DNA of 64,000 nt, from NCBI RefSeq assembly GCF_964204645.1, contig NC_134030.1, forward strand, positions 15,190,110 to 15,254,109, given 5' to 3'. Position 1 is the first letter of the stretch; each line of letters opens with the position of its first letter. The DNA comes from Tubulanus polymorphus (Eukaryota > Animalia > Nemertea). The notes beneath the pieces are model-generated. The model was given only the letters and a program-made list of their open reading frames with translations. It did not search any database and was not told the DNA's origin. Made by a program: the position numbers and the translations under genes. Of this stretch, positions 27,327-40,854 are shown one piece after another.

Positions 27327-30300
27327 TTATATAGTTCAATTTGAGCAATTGACATTTTAAAATGCAGCCATTTCATATAATTGTATAAATTATGTAACGT
27401 ACCATAGTTTGTCTGTTTACCTGGGGGAGGGGATCACTACTTTTTGCGGATTAATGAATAGGTCTAATAATTTGCCACAGGCAAAGTGGTTTACCTTTCT
27501 ACTATCTAGAAGAACGTACAATTATACATGTATTCATTTTGATTTCAACTTGCGTCGTGGCTGCTAGTTTTGGTTTAGATATGTCCAGAAAACTATAAGT
27601 GCTCTGCGAAGCATGACACAAAATTTGATATTGGCTGTGTTTTAGCAATTCTTTGTATTTAGCATAAAAATCCATGAAGCCAATAAAACAGTTCCAAGAT
27701 TCTCATTTTAGGCCTACCAGCTCATTTTCTTCCTCATGAATGTGGCAATACTTTCCTATAGGTTTAGATTTTGTTCAATGCTCTATCCAATCATTCCAGC
27801 CTTGAATAAAGAGAGGCCTAGATGATAAGACAGCACAAATACTCATCAGAAAGTAACAAACAATGATTTATTGACTTTCTGATATTACCATATAATATAT
27901 TTCTAGAACAAATAAACGTTGAATATTTTATCATACGGGTGTCTCCTACAATTTTGAGGTCTCTGAAAAATTGCAAGCTCAAACATTCCGAACTGAACAT
28001 TTTCTGAAAATAGATCAAAATTTAGTTTAAAAACAGAAAATGTCAAAACTTTATTGGCAATTAACTGTTTTTAAAACGGTTAATTTCCCGTTCTAGAAGA
28101 TCTAAAAACCTTTTTTGAGTATATGGAATTAAGTGGACACCTTCCACTCCTTTGCTTACCCAGACCGTAACGAATAGTACCTAAATATACATTATTGTTA
28201 TGGTTTTACGTCAAAAAACAGCGATTTTACCAGACTTTGACTGAATTATATAATATTTTAAGGTTACCTTAAAATATTAATGCAAGTATCCATCGACGAA
28301 GTATCTAACGAAATTAAAAGAGGAGCACACTTATTTATAGTTGCCACAGAAGTAGTTCAAATGATTATCCACGACAATAAAGCGTTCCTAATGAAGCTTA
28401 TTTCAATTAAAAACTTCTTAATTAGGAACAGACAGCGTATGACAGTATTTATAATACGCGCTAGCAGAGCGCAGTAGTGCAACGCGCGGTTATACGTGAA
28501 AACAGAGTATGCATACACTTTGCCATGCACTGCGGTGTGTATGCACGTACGTTAGATATATGGATTACATACCAGCTGATTCACGTAGTGCGCGGATTTT
28601 AACGTGTATGCGCTGTTACACGAAGAATGCCAATATACCGCAAAAACATCCGCAAACAAACTTATTAGCCTACGGCAATAGCAAATGAAAAAGCGCACAC
28701 AACTGTGTGGAACCAATTTACTCTCATTTCAACAAAATGATGCCAAACATTTGTTGACTGCCTCTCTCCTAAATGCCAGCTCTAGGACTGGCGCCATCGT
28801 CTTTTACTCTTTCAAAGAAAGAATGTATTTTGTACGAGTCGGTCAAAATAAGTCAATGACAAGACAAAGCCGGTCTAGGACTATAGAAATTGCCACACTT
28901 ACGTTCGAGATACTACATTAGATAGCCGACTCTATTATAATCCTCACAACCGAACAAACTAACAGTGAACTAAGCTCGGCACAAATATAAAATGAATTGC
29001 TCGCCATTTTGTGACTCCCAAAATTACGTCAGAGGTGCCGAAATTCCCGGAAATTCCGAGAATTTCTCGTATTCACGTCAGAAACTCAAATACAGGTCAA
29101 CACAAGTAACTTATAGAAAGCGAAGAATTTTCGATGTTTTTCGCGTTTTTCTCGAAACAAAATTGCATCATCCGTTCAAAGCTTACCGGCCTGACCTCCG
29201 CGCATCAATTCTACTCGCTTCACGATAAAAGACAACCGCGTAAGTATTACCACTTGATTTTGTGCCGCGATTTACTCTTGGCAAAGTGCCAACCAACAGC
29301 CATAAAATAGGTAAACCAAAAATTTAGTCGTCAAAATATTCATTTAAGATGTATAAAGTTTCACATTAGAATGATCAAAGTACATATTCTAATCAATAAT
29401 AAAATTAAGTCATCGGAAATATGCTCATAATATTCTAATTGCTGGTTGTAAACTACAGTGCACATGTTTCGATGATATTTTGTGTGACTGTTTAACATCT
29501 CATTCCTAGTGGCTCTGAAAGGTTTCTATGGTTCTTATTTATGTCTGGTAACGTCTTAAGAGAGCGCCAAAAGTCGATCTTATAAACTCAACGACCTTGA
29601 AACATCGCGCGAAGTAAATATGACATTATGCTGAAAACCTTGCTTCCCTGTGTAGGTATGTTATATCATGTACAGAGCTGCCAACCTCAGAAAGATGTTG
29701 TCAGTACAATTTTTTGAGTTTGTCAGTATTTTCTTGAGGTTGTCAGTATTTTTCCAAGAATAACGCGACACGAAAAAAGCTGATGGTTTTATGATCATCA
29801 AAGATTCTAGAGTTTTTGGTTCTAATGATAGCGGTTTTAATTCTAAATCTAATTGCTTTATTAAGTCATAGCCCCTCATTCATAACGGTCTCATTATACT
29901 CGTAATTTATTATCCTTGAATTAATTCATAAGACGCGCCAGAGCTCTCCCTCAGTAGTGTTACAGCCAAGTCTCAGCGCATGTATTGATAGCCATATGTT
30001 CTCTATTGATCACTGCTACTACAGCAGGGAAGTGTGTGTGTGTGTGTGAGACTATAGTATTACAAAAGCATTGAAAGCTGCTCTGGCTGGTGCCAACAGG
30101 TGTTGAAAGATGAAACAATACTGACTGAATAATGACTGTTGATAAGATGAATAGCTGATAGTGTTCCACAGCTAATTGTAGACCCACTATTGACTATTGA
30201 GTCAATTATTTGATCAACTTTCAGAATTCTATTCAAGACCATACTAAATAGAGAGCGACCATACACAATAGGCCACAGTCTTATAAAAATAAGGTGGGTG

Positions 30301-33300
30301 AAACCATATGGGTTGGCAGCTCTGCATGTATGAAAGTATGAACGGAAAATAAAAATGGTACGTATTATTATGTATGAAAGTGAGAAAGGGTTAAGTTTCT
30401 CAATTATATTTTCGAACCGTCCAGTGAAACATTTTGATGCATTATGGAGATGGTGCAGAGAATCACCATGAATATCTAGGGGTGAGGGGCAACAGTTTGT
30501 TTCACTCATGTTTCAAACCTAGTCCTGGAACCTCTCATAACGCAACAACTATCCGATAACATGGACATTACATTTTTCCAGGGGAGATTATAAGTTTTAA
30601 AACTTTCCACCACTGCGTTATTGATATTTTTACTATTCACCGTTATAATGTTTATTGAGGCCAAATGATTGATTACAATTTTTCTAACCTAGCATCATAA
30701 TAACTAACTAGAATAGCGAGAATGTTATTGTTGAATTTTGACGTTGCCTTATCTATATTCATAGATAACAATGCATTGCGAAGATTGTCACACAATTCAT
30801 CAGTCATCGTTTCGGCGACACCAAGCCTTATTAGTAGCTTGCAGCCGTCTCCTGAAGACCTGAAGACTAAGTTTGGATAGGGCCTCCCTGTCTCTTTGCC
30901 AGGTTCTTTACGAGATCAATCAAATCACCAGCATTGCAGAATGGGATAGACTTGTCAGCCATAAAAGCTAATACCATTGCCTCCTGATAAGCGACCCTGT
31001 CATTAACGGGTACTTTTGGTTTAGTTTTAGGCTCGGGAAATTGACCCTCGACAACAGCTTGTGCAAATATAGGTGCGATTCCTATGGAATGGGAGGGTTA
31101 TCAGAATCTGGAAATATGAAAAGAAAAAATTTCTTAACGCATGGCAATACCGTACCACGGGATTCTCCACAACTTGAACCCCAACAAGGAAACATCCAGG
31201 GGACAAAATTTATGTCCGTTGTAATTGTTACTTCATCTTTTTATCGTTATGGACGCTTTTACGATCCCGGCGCTTTTATGGCCATCCGATGTGATCGACT
31301 GGTAAATCATACCTGCGCCTGGAGGTTTGAAATTTGTTCTTCGATCTTTTACCATTTTCTTGTGTTTATCAGTTTAAGCATGATCTTCCAGAGATACACG
31401 TACTGGGGTACCATAAACGAGTTCCTTGTCACACCATATACATATTGCTTTCCCAGGGCTATTAAGTTTCTTAGCACAATCCGAATGTCGTACACGATAC
31501 ATACCATACGCTAAGTAGTACGACTACTTCAATAGCCTGTATGTACTTGACTGCGTGTGAATTAGCTATTAAAAACTGCTACCTAGCTACATCTCACTGC
31601 TGGGAATACTTCTATAGTGCAAGCTATATAGTGCACGCTAGTGTAGCGACGCGCACAGCGAGTACCTTCCTTGCGTAGCCATCGTCGCTAAGAATGACGA
31701 TGCTGTAAAAGCCAATTGAAAGGGCTCACGCTACTCCCCCCTCATTTTTACATCAAATTACCAGTGATTATGAAAAAAGCGGGACTTATGATGAAAATTT
31801 CTCAATTACTGAAATTGCAGCTTAACTGCAACATAGGCACGAAGCACATTGTTGAGGTTCCCCAGCATGATTTCCAAAACAGTCTGTATCAATTCCAGAT
31901 GGCAGCACGAACTGGTTATTTTTTCACAGTGGTTTCTATTGGCAATACCAGATGGCAGCACATTACCAAAATCTTTGGGCCGAGTGCCATCAAGCATGCT
32001 AAAAATACTCAGTTTTGTGAGTTGAAACATAATGCCAGAGCCAGCGAACCTTCCAACCCCCCCCCCCCCTCAATTTTTCGATGGATCTGGATAATTTGGA
32101 AAGCATATTTCTTTTAAATTTCTCATCACAAAAAAGCGGGGAATTCTCATCCCTGGTGCTGGCTACAAATGCACACCCATTCAACACTCAACTACCCACA
32201 GGTTCGATATAACCATCCTATTATCTAGTGTGTTTCTCCCTGGATTCTGCCTATGGAGGGACGGACAATAAGTGAAGACAATAGTCCCCTGGGACTAATG
32301 TCCCAAGTAGGCTAAAAAAGTGCTATTTCAGAGAACAATTGCCACCTGTTGGCCATTTAGATTTCCAAGAGGGCTAAAAACCAAAATGGTGATACAATAA
32401 TGGCCTTACAAGCAAGTTCATGTTAAGCAAGGCTTAAGTAATATGCAGTAAATGACGTTGACTGTAAAGGGAGGAAAGACAATAATGGGCACTTACCACC
32501 ATAAATCAGGTTCAATCCTAACTGTTCAATTATTTTCAAATCTCGATCGACAGTTTCTAAGACGGGGTCAATCAGGACACACTCAGCTGTTTCTCTGTCC
32601 CCGATTAGATATGTGTATGTAAATGACTTGTGTTCAAATAACTAGAAAGAAAAGGTTTTGAGAGAAAATTAACACTAGTCTAACCCAGATATGGTTGAAT
32701 CTTCCTTAACAACAGCCAATGAATTTCATTCTTACATTCAGAGGGCTGTGTTTAAGGGCATATCCTAAAACCTAATAAAAGATATTAGGTATCAGATACC
32801 AGAATCCGTGACCAAATATCCACACTCCATGGTAAAAAAATATCTTTCGCAAAAGCAAATATTCACTGACATGATTGAAGGTACAATCACCTGTCAAATA
32901 CATTTGCCTTTGAACCAAATTCTTTTTTTCAATACCTTAACTCATACTTTATAATATTCAGAAGTCTATCCCAGTGGAGATGATCGCGGCATCTTAATTG
33001 ATACTGACAGCTGTAAGTGGTCAAACTAACTATGAGCATCACTGGCTCGCTTGACTTTTATGACAGGTTAGTAAGTCACGTGCGCGGATTAGAATCGCTG
33101 GGGAAATCAGAGGATACCTAACGGCGACCTTCTGGTTCCAGTGATAATGAACAAATTACCAAACGTTTTGCGAACCCAAATTGCGCGAGATCATGGTGAT
33201 CGAGATTGGACCCTGGCCGATTTGCGAGTCGCGATTTCGAAGGAGATAGAGGCCCTGGTAGTGGGCAAAGGCGCTGCGAATGATCCGTTCACCCGAGGCA

Positions 33301-33385
33301 GTCTTACGGCCACGCATCTCACTCGTAGCAATAAAGGCTACGTGAGTTATAAATCAAAATTTCGCACCAAAAAATTTGCCTTTTG

Positions 33386-34420
33386 CAGACCTGCCAACAT
33401 TGAATTTTTCAAGATGGTAACATTTTTCAAATTTGCCAGTATTTTTTAGATTTTGCCAGTGACCCACTAGACTTGATGTGACCTTTGCCAGTAACATTTT
33501 CAATATGGCCAGTAACGAAATTTCGGATTAAAATCAGAATATAGAATATTAAAACTACTAAAGAAATTAATTTTTAAAAATGCATTTATTATGAAATTAA
33601 ACTTGAAACTGCAGTTTCCATAAAATATAAACAATTTTGAGACATCAGATCTTCAGATTTTATAACAGATAGGCCAGGGTTTGTTGTGTTATCAGTTCTA
33701 AAAAAATGTGAAATTTCAGAGAGTTTCACTTTATCCTTATGTCCTTTTCTTTCACAATGACGTGAAATATCATTTAATCTGCCATGTGAGATCACTATAT
33801 CGATTTGACATATCGTACATCTTGCATGATATTTACTTAATTTCGATGCTATGAAACATGGATATTGTGCGCTGTACGATTTTTTATACTTCTGTTTCCG
33901 ATATTTCTTAATCATACGTTTTCTACAGCCTGTTACCGCAATATCAGTTTCAGATTCCGACTCCGAAGAAGACGGAGAACCCTCCGAATTTTCCAGATTT
34001 GACAAAACGTCATGAACTTCGTCCGCCATTTGCAACATTCATGACAATTTGAGCGATGAAAATTACTCGTTGTAACCGAAAATTCACTAGACTGGTTCCC
34101 GGTATTACTCGTTGTAACCGAAGATTCGCTAGACTGGTTCCCGGCTGTATGGAAACTTTGTGACAATTACTCAAATAAAAACCAAATTTCCCCGTAATAA
34201 ATGTTAATAAACCATTAAAATACCGATTATGTACTGCAAAATTACCTTTATTGACATGATATAAGGAGATTTTTATTGAGGCCGTATTTATTTACTCATT
34301 CGCGTAACATCGGGACGATATCGGAAAAAAGCGTATTCCATTGCCTGTGCCAGTAACGCCGTATTACCGCGGGTAGCACCGGAACGGAATACGGCAAAAA
34401 CGTAACGGTTGGCAGGTGTG
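33386..34420 (-). mobile_element. hAT-type deletion derivative with 6-bp TSD
   Basis: TIRs CAGACCTGCCAAC and GTTGGCAGGTGTG; CTTTTG duplicated. Removing it restores the gag knuckle FAFCRRSHASKDC. Confidence 0.85.
33589..34038 (-). pseudogene. Transposase N-terminus with BED-type zinc finger
   Basis: ARCTICQIDIVISHGRLNDISRHCERKGH; no catalytic domain present. Confidence 0.75.
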
Positions 34421-35561
34421 CTTTTGCCGGCGGTCTCACGCGTCAAAGGACTGCACAATAATCACCGACAGAGCCAAAAGGGAGGAGATCGTCAAATGTG
34501 ATGGACTATATTTTAACTGCCTGTCGGGCTCTCACAAGTTACGTGACTGTAAATCATTATTTGCGTGCAGATGTGTAAGGGCGCCGAACGCTCCGAAAAT
34601 ATAAGTACAGGTCGTTAACCCGAAACCGGTAACACTAGTATATTACTGAACGTGAGAACTGCAACGGAAATGCAGGTTGATTTGGGACCAGTTCTCTTGA
34701 AAACAGCTGCCGCGATAGTCACTAATGACCACAACTATGTTTCTACAGCTGTTTTGTTCGACGAAGGGTCTACCCGAACTTTCATCACTCGTGACCTGTC
34801 GGATAAACTTTATCTGATAGGCCTACCAGATACCACAGAGGTCATAAATCTGGCGGTATTCGGTGAAACTTCGACACGCAGCAGGAAACTCGATAAGGTC
34901 ACGTTCGACATAAAAACTCATGCCGGAAAGGTTAAAATAAACGCATTTGTCGTAACAACCATCTTGACACCGATTAAAAATTATGTAAATCGAGAGTCGA
35001 GAGTGATATGTTCGAGATATCAGTTGATAGGCGCAGACCATTACTGGGACTTAGTCGAAAACGAAACCGTCAGGGGTTGTGGACCCACCGCTGTCGCGTC
35101 AAAACTCGGGTACCTGTTGTCTGGCCCGCTATCGGGTGAGAGAAATAAACACATCAATACATTTCTACAGACCACTTCTAACGCGTGTCCAGAAAGCGAC
35201 ACTCTGCAACAGTTCTGGGACATCAAAACACTCGGTATAAAACATTCAGAAAATTTCAATGTCCTCCAGTGTCAGCTTTGATTCTTACACGCAGGACTAC
35301 CTAGTAAAGGAAAATTCAGAACTGGGCAGCTATAGGCCTACTCAATGACGATAGCAGAGTTAATAATCATTGATATAAAATTGTTAGTTAGTTGTCATTT
35401 ACGATGTATCACTTGATACAGTTCATACACCTGTATAGGCCTACTGCAATAACCCGTTATAAGTAACCATTTTATTCACGTAATTCTTGTCATAATAATC
35501 GTTTAGTAGTAGTTATTCATACATCACATATCCATAAGTCAAATTAAACACAACGGAATGC

Positions 35562-36067
35562 TAATGTCTATTTCAAACTGACTTGAGAGCACATCAGGTG
35601 GCCTAGCTCAGTCAGTTTTGGTAGTAGGCCTACATACTCTGATAAAAGTCTTATAAGGACCAGAATGCATTGGCAGCTGACCTAAGATATCGTTTTTTAA
35701 TCCACTTTAAACTGTATTGAAGGATATCCAAAGTCTGCATTGAGAGGGGTTCCTGAGAGAAAAGAGACTCCATGATTTAAAAGTTTTACAATATGTCTCC
35801 ATGCCTACCAACTGAAATTTGATACGTAGGCATGGAAACATATTGTTAAACTTTCAAATCATGGAGTCACTTCTCTTCATTTAACCCCTTTCAGTGAAGA
35901 CTTTTTGGATATCTTTCAATACAGTTTCAAATGGATTAAAAAATGATGATTTAGGTTGACTGCCTGTCCTTTCTGGTCCTAATAAGACCTTTATCAGGTA
36001 TGTACTACCAAAAATTAGCGAGCTAGGCCACCCGGAATGCTCTCAAGTCAGGTTGAAATAGACATTA
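35562..36067. mobile_element. Palindromic MITE (~500 bp)
   Basis: taatgtctatttcaa.ctgacttgagagca ... tgctctcaagtcag.ttgaaatagacatta; the arms pair almost to the centre (~35820). Confidence 0.85.
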
Positions 36068-37504
36068 ACTGTTTGTCGATTCACGACTATGCTCAATGTT
36101 TGTAATTTCACGTTAATTAACTAGGCCTATGGAATTTATGATAAGTTTTTAGCCTGTAGTATCTTATAGTTTTAAATCTGAATATCGTATATTGTATAAT
36201 TTGAAAATTCGAATGACACTCTTTATCTTAATTAAATCTAATCTGTATTTTCTTTGTAACTGCATTTGTCCCGTGAGTGTCGGCAACTGCTGATTGGTTA
36301 TAGTACATAGGTAACATGTACTCGAGTCAAGTCACTGATACTGTTGTTTATATATTGTAACCCCTTCCAGATGTAGTACCATTACTCATCTTCCATTTCA
36401 TGAGAACAGAGTCAGTTCAGTTCATATCTCTATAGGGCCTATCGAAAAGACGTGTTCGTTGTTGCTCTCTCAGAATCTGGTTTTCGCTGTGGTCTACACC
36501 CACAGTTTTTAGCTGATAAATACCTGGATCTGGCAACCAGCCAATTAATAAAGCTAATTACGCTTAATTAATAATTAGTTTTAGGCTATAATCAATAGGG
36601 AATTCCCAAAATTTGATTGAAATTGGATGAAAATTCCCAAAGATATAGGCTACAAGTTTCTTTTCTACTTTAAATTGTTTCTTAACTAAGAAATTGATCA
36701 TTTTGTCACCATTCGACCTTTAGATCATTTCCTAATGAAGACTATTAGTATTCATTATGGCTGAGAAGTGCGATTTTCAGCCGACAAATTCCTATATAAC
36801 TTTTGAACGGCTTGACCGATTTAAGTTCTGTAAATTGCAAAGATCTTATATTAAACCCTTCTTTCATGTAGGCCTAGGCCTTTTAAATTGTTTCTATAGT
36901 GTTTGGAAAATTTTCACTTGAAACCCTACGACTACGTTACAACTTCCTTTTTTCTTTATTTTTACCTGTCGGAAAATGATATCGTCATCAAGTAAGATTC
37001 CATGTGCTGCTGTTTCGCCGGCACTCTGCTGGCCAGAGGTACAGTAAGATGTCATTTTTTTTGAAAACTTATTGAAATCAATCACATATTTGGGCCTAGG
37101 TCTTATCTGTTGTTCAGCAGCAGATAATGTTTGGTAAAAGTTTTTCAACACCAGACTGTACCCAAACAAACCAGCTTCGTTGACGCTGATGTCAATCAGC
37201 CGAAATTTTTTTGTGAATGAAAGCTTTCGGAATGAACATGCACTTTTAAACATAGTTCTCATGCAACGATGCAACATCTTGATTTTTAAATCCGAATACG
37301 CAAACGACAAATTCGAGACGACAAAACTTCCGCATTGAGAGCGCCACCGCACAAATTCAAATTCAATTATATGGATCGGAAACCCTCCAGCGATGCACTC
37401 TATGATCTTTAGAACCTGTCTCTGACTTAGACTGATCGCCTGTCCAATTCTGCGCCACCTGCATTCGCAGTCAGAATCATCCTCGCTTGCCAGGGGTCTG
37501 GTAT

Positions 37505-38090
37505 CGCTCCCGAACTCGCTTCCACCAGCCCCCTGTCCTCACAAAGCGTGATTTCATTACTGGCGCTTTTGCGCATGACGTCATATATCGACACGCGACA
37601 ATACTTCCGCGTTCACTACGTATTCGCTGATTGGTCCATTTACCGGGAAATTCCATAGATGTGATTGGCCCGACCTGATTCTGGTCGCCGCTAGTAACGA
37701 CTCCAACGACTCGTGAGGTCAAGGGGTTCGGGGAACAGCTTTAGCGTAGTGGGTTCGAATCCCTTGACGGGTGAAGGTGCTCCCGAACTCGCTTCCACCA
37801 GCCCCCTGGCCTCACGAAGCGTGATTTCATTACTGGCGCTGTTGCGCGTGACGTCATTTGAATTATATCGATTTGCGAAATACTTCCTTGTTCGGTAAAA
37901 CGTTCGCTGATTGGTCAATTTAAAGGGAAAACCCACAGAAGTCTACTGACGGTTTGTTACAAGCGCTGTGATTGGTACGACCGGATTCTGGTCGGCTAGT
38001 ATAACGACTCCAACGACTCGTGAGGTCAAGGGGTTCGGGGAACAGCTTTAGCGTAGTAGGTTCGAATCCCTTGATGGGTGAAGATGAGTC
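37505..38090 (+). repeat. ~275-305-bp tandem duplication with a Pol III B-box (SINE-like)
   Basis: aacgactccaacgactcgtgagg...GGTTCGAATCC occurs twice; an inverted copy is at 7500-7715. Confidence 0.7.
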
Positions 38091-38314
38091 AGAATAGGAC
38101 AGGTTTAACCCGCGAGGTTTAACCCGTCCGCCATCTTCCGCGGAATATACGGATCCAATCAGATTTCAGTATTTCATCACGTGAACAATGTAACATGGCC
38201 GCCTCCAGAGTGTCTCGATTTACGTTCTGGCATCAGACCACAATTAGGTTAGTAGCTCGAAGATGCGCGCGTAGGGCTGGACCCCAAAAATAGTACGTAG
38301 AGTGAAGAAGAGGT

Positions 38315-39495
38315 CAGTTTGTTGCTGCCTCTTCATAAACTCCTCCTCCAATGCTGGGAGACAGGTGCAGTGCCTCAGGATATGAAAGATGCTAATATTG
38401 TCACCCTGTACAAAAACAAGGGTGACCGCAGCGACTGCAACAACTAGAGGTATCTCACTTCTGAGTATCGTTGGAAAACTATTTGCTCGTATTGTGCTGT
38501 CCAGGCTCCAAGAACTGGTAAACAGAATATATCCAGAGTCCCAATGCGGGTTTAGAAAAAACAGGTCCACAACAGATATGATATTCTCACTGCGACAGCT
38601 CCAAGAGAAATGCAGAGAGCAAAACGAACCGCTCCATCTCGTATTTATAGACCTGACCAAAGCATTTGATTTGGTGAGCAGAGATGGCCTCTTCAAAATT
38701 CTTCCACTCATTGGATGTCCACCAAAGCTCCTTGAAATTGTGCGCTCCTTCCACGAAGGCATGTTGAGTACTGTCCAATTCGGTGGAGACACATCAAAAG
38801 AATTTGAGGTCAAGAGTGGAGTCAAGCAAGGATTTTACTTGCCCCAACCCTTTTTGGGATTTATTTCTCCGTCCTCCTCAACCATGCTTTCAAGTCTTCT
38901 GATGATGGGGTTTACTTGCATACAAGATCTGATGGTCGTCTTTTCAATCTCTCTCGATTACGTGCCAAGTCCAAGGTCAGGGGGGTTCTCATCAGAGACC
39001 TGTTGTTCGCTGACGATGCTGCTCTGGCGTCTCTTAGCCAAGAAGGCCTCCAGAGATTAATGGACAGGTTCTCCGAGGCGTGCGTGCGCACTATTTGGCC
39101 TCACCATTAGCATAAAGAAAACTCAGGTCATGGGTCAGCACACTGTTGCCCCACCTCGCATCTTGATTGAAGGCAGAGAGCTCGAAATAGTTCATCACTT
39201 CCAGTATCTAGGATCAACGATCTCTGATACCCTGCAACTTGATGTCGAAATAAACAGGCGTATCGGGAAAGCTGCCACATCCTTTGGTATGCTCTCAAAA
39301 AGAATGTGGTCAAACAAGTACCTCTCGGTTGCAACGAAAATAAACGTCTATTCAGCTTGCGTGATAAGCTCCCTCCTGTATGGCAGTGAATCGTGGACAA
39401 CGTATTACGCCCATGAACGCAAACTACAGGTGTTTCACATGCGCTGTCTGCGTAGAATCCTAGGTATCAAATGGCAAGACAAAGTAACAAACAGC
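38315..39495 (+). pseudogene. RTE-clade LINE reverse transcriptase fragment (frameshifted)
   Basis: KNKGDRSDCNN; RGISLLS; PESQCGFR..RSTTDMIFSLRQLQEKCREQ; FIDLTKAFD; SGVKQG; LLFADD; FQYLGS; LLYGSESW. Confidence 0.93.
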
Positions 39496-40854
39496 CAATA
39501 CAGCCAAAATGACAAATTTTGAGGTTTTGATGAAATTTCACAAATAATTTTTATGTTATACATCTTTTGCACATATAAGTCGTCTTGAGGCATTCATTGA
39601 GACCTAATTTGCTGATTTTAATCAGTTTCATGGTAGGATTTGGTAATATTTTTGCTTGAAGAAGGCTAGAATCGCAGATTTCGGTCAATTTTTAGGCATG
39701 AATCGTAAGATATTTTCTCGTAGGAGGCTCGGTCTAGGCTCATAAGTTTATTTCATAAAGGCCATCCTTGCCCATGCAGAATAATCACATTAATTCAGCT
39801 TTCTTTGATTCAGTTATCTAGTTTGGCTGACTTTTTGCTGCCAGATACTGTCAGGAATTTAAGGGGTAGAGGAAATGCATATTTTCGTTGAAACCATGGC
39901 AACCGAAAGGACATTGTCAGAGGCCAGTTGTGATATTTTTCCTAACTAGTACTGGTGACAACTACGCTTGGTATATAAAATTCGTCCCGGCCAAAGGCCT
40001 GTGGACGCAGTAGGGTGCATTCGAATTAGGCCTTCTGGGCAAGAAAACGCCAAATCTAAAGGTTTCAGCCAATTCGATGATGTAAATGGTATTTTTTTCA
40101 AAAAATGCTTAAAGATTGTGTTTCTGATTTTTATCCATAGCCATATATTTATATCCATCAGTGAAAAAACCAATCAAGTATTCAGAAAATGCTGTATAAT
40201 TGTTTTATTCATATTTTGAAATGAATGTTTGACTTAGATGATATTGATAGAAAATTTGGATTTTGTCGCATACGCGCGATTTGTGCATTAGTATGTATTT
40301 CCATGTGTAATTGGCCGAGAGCTATTGTATTGCGTTGTATAACTAGGGTGTCTCCACTCTTTCTAAATCTGTTCAAAAACTAATGCTATTCTTAAGTTTG
40401 GGTACGAGTCAGGCATCAGACCACAACTAGGTTAGTAGCTCGAAGATGCGTAGGGTCGGACCCCAAAAATAGTACGTAGAGTGTGAAGAAGAGGTCCCCC
40501 ATAAATGTTGCCATAATTTCTGCAAATGAGATAGGTAACGAATTTCGGTTATATGTATGAAATCCATTGATCCTGAGAGACAGATTGATGATGAAATAAG
40601 GGATTCTCTGGACTTTTTTGCTTGGAGTAAGACTACCAAACACGGTGGGGGATTCCCTTAGATATTTGGCTCGGATGTACTGGCATACCTGTACTGGGAT
40701 ACACCTCCTTTCTAAAGGTTTGATTATTTCAAAAGTTAGGTTGGGTATGTGGAGCGAAAACCACTATATGAACTAAACTCTCGAATTTCTTGTTTTTACT
40801 ATAGGATATAGAAGATTTTGGAATAGTGGTCTGAGCTCTGACATATGGACCTCT

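Larger units (their letters stand above)
33076..35290 (+). mobile_element. BEL/Pao gag-protease fragment interrupted by a hAT-type element
   Basis: HVRGLESLG...MNKLP; zinc knuckles; LLKTA; LFDEGSTRTF; LIGADHYW; SKLGYLLSGP. Confidence 0.9.

Noticed and set aside
29950-31520. Possible LINE endonuclease (ETWL) or gag remnants
   Set aside because: Only a four-residue motif; no further colinear motifs could be confirmed.
36894-37352. 152-aa ORF
   Set aside because: No motif, non-ATG start, and it overlaps a dispersed repeat shared with ~13050-13140.
37735-37780. tRNA gene (GGTTCGAATCC)
   Set aside because: Only a T-arm/B-box is present, with no cloverleaf; it is part of a dispersed repeat.
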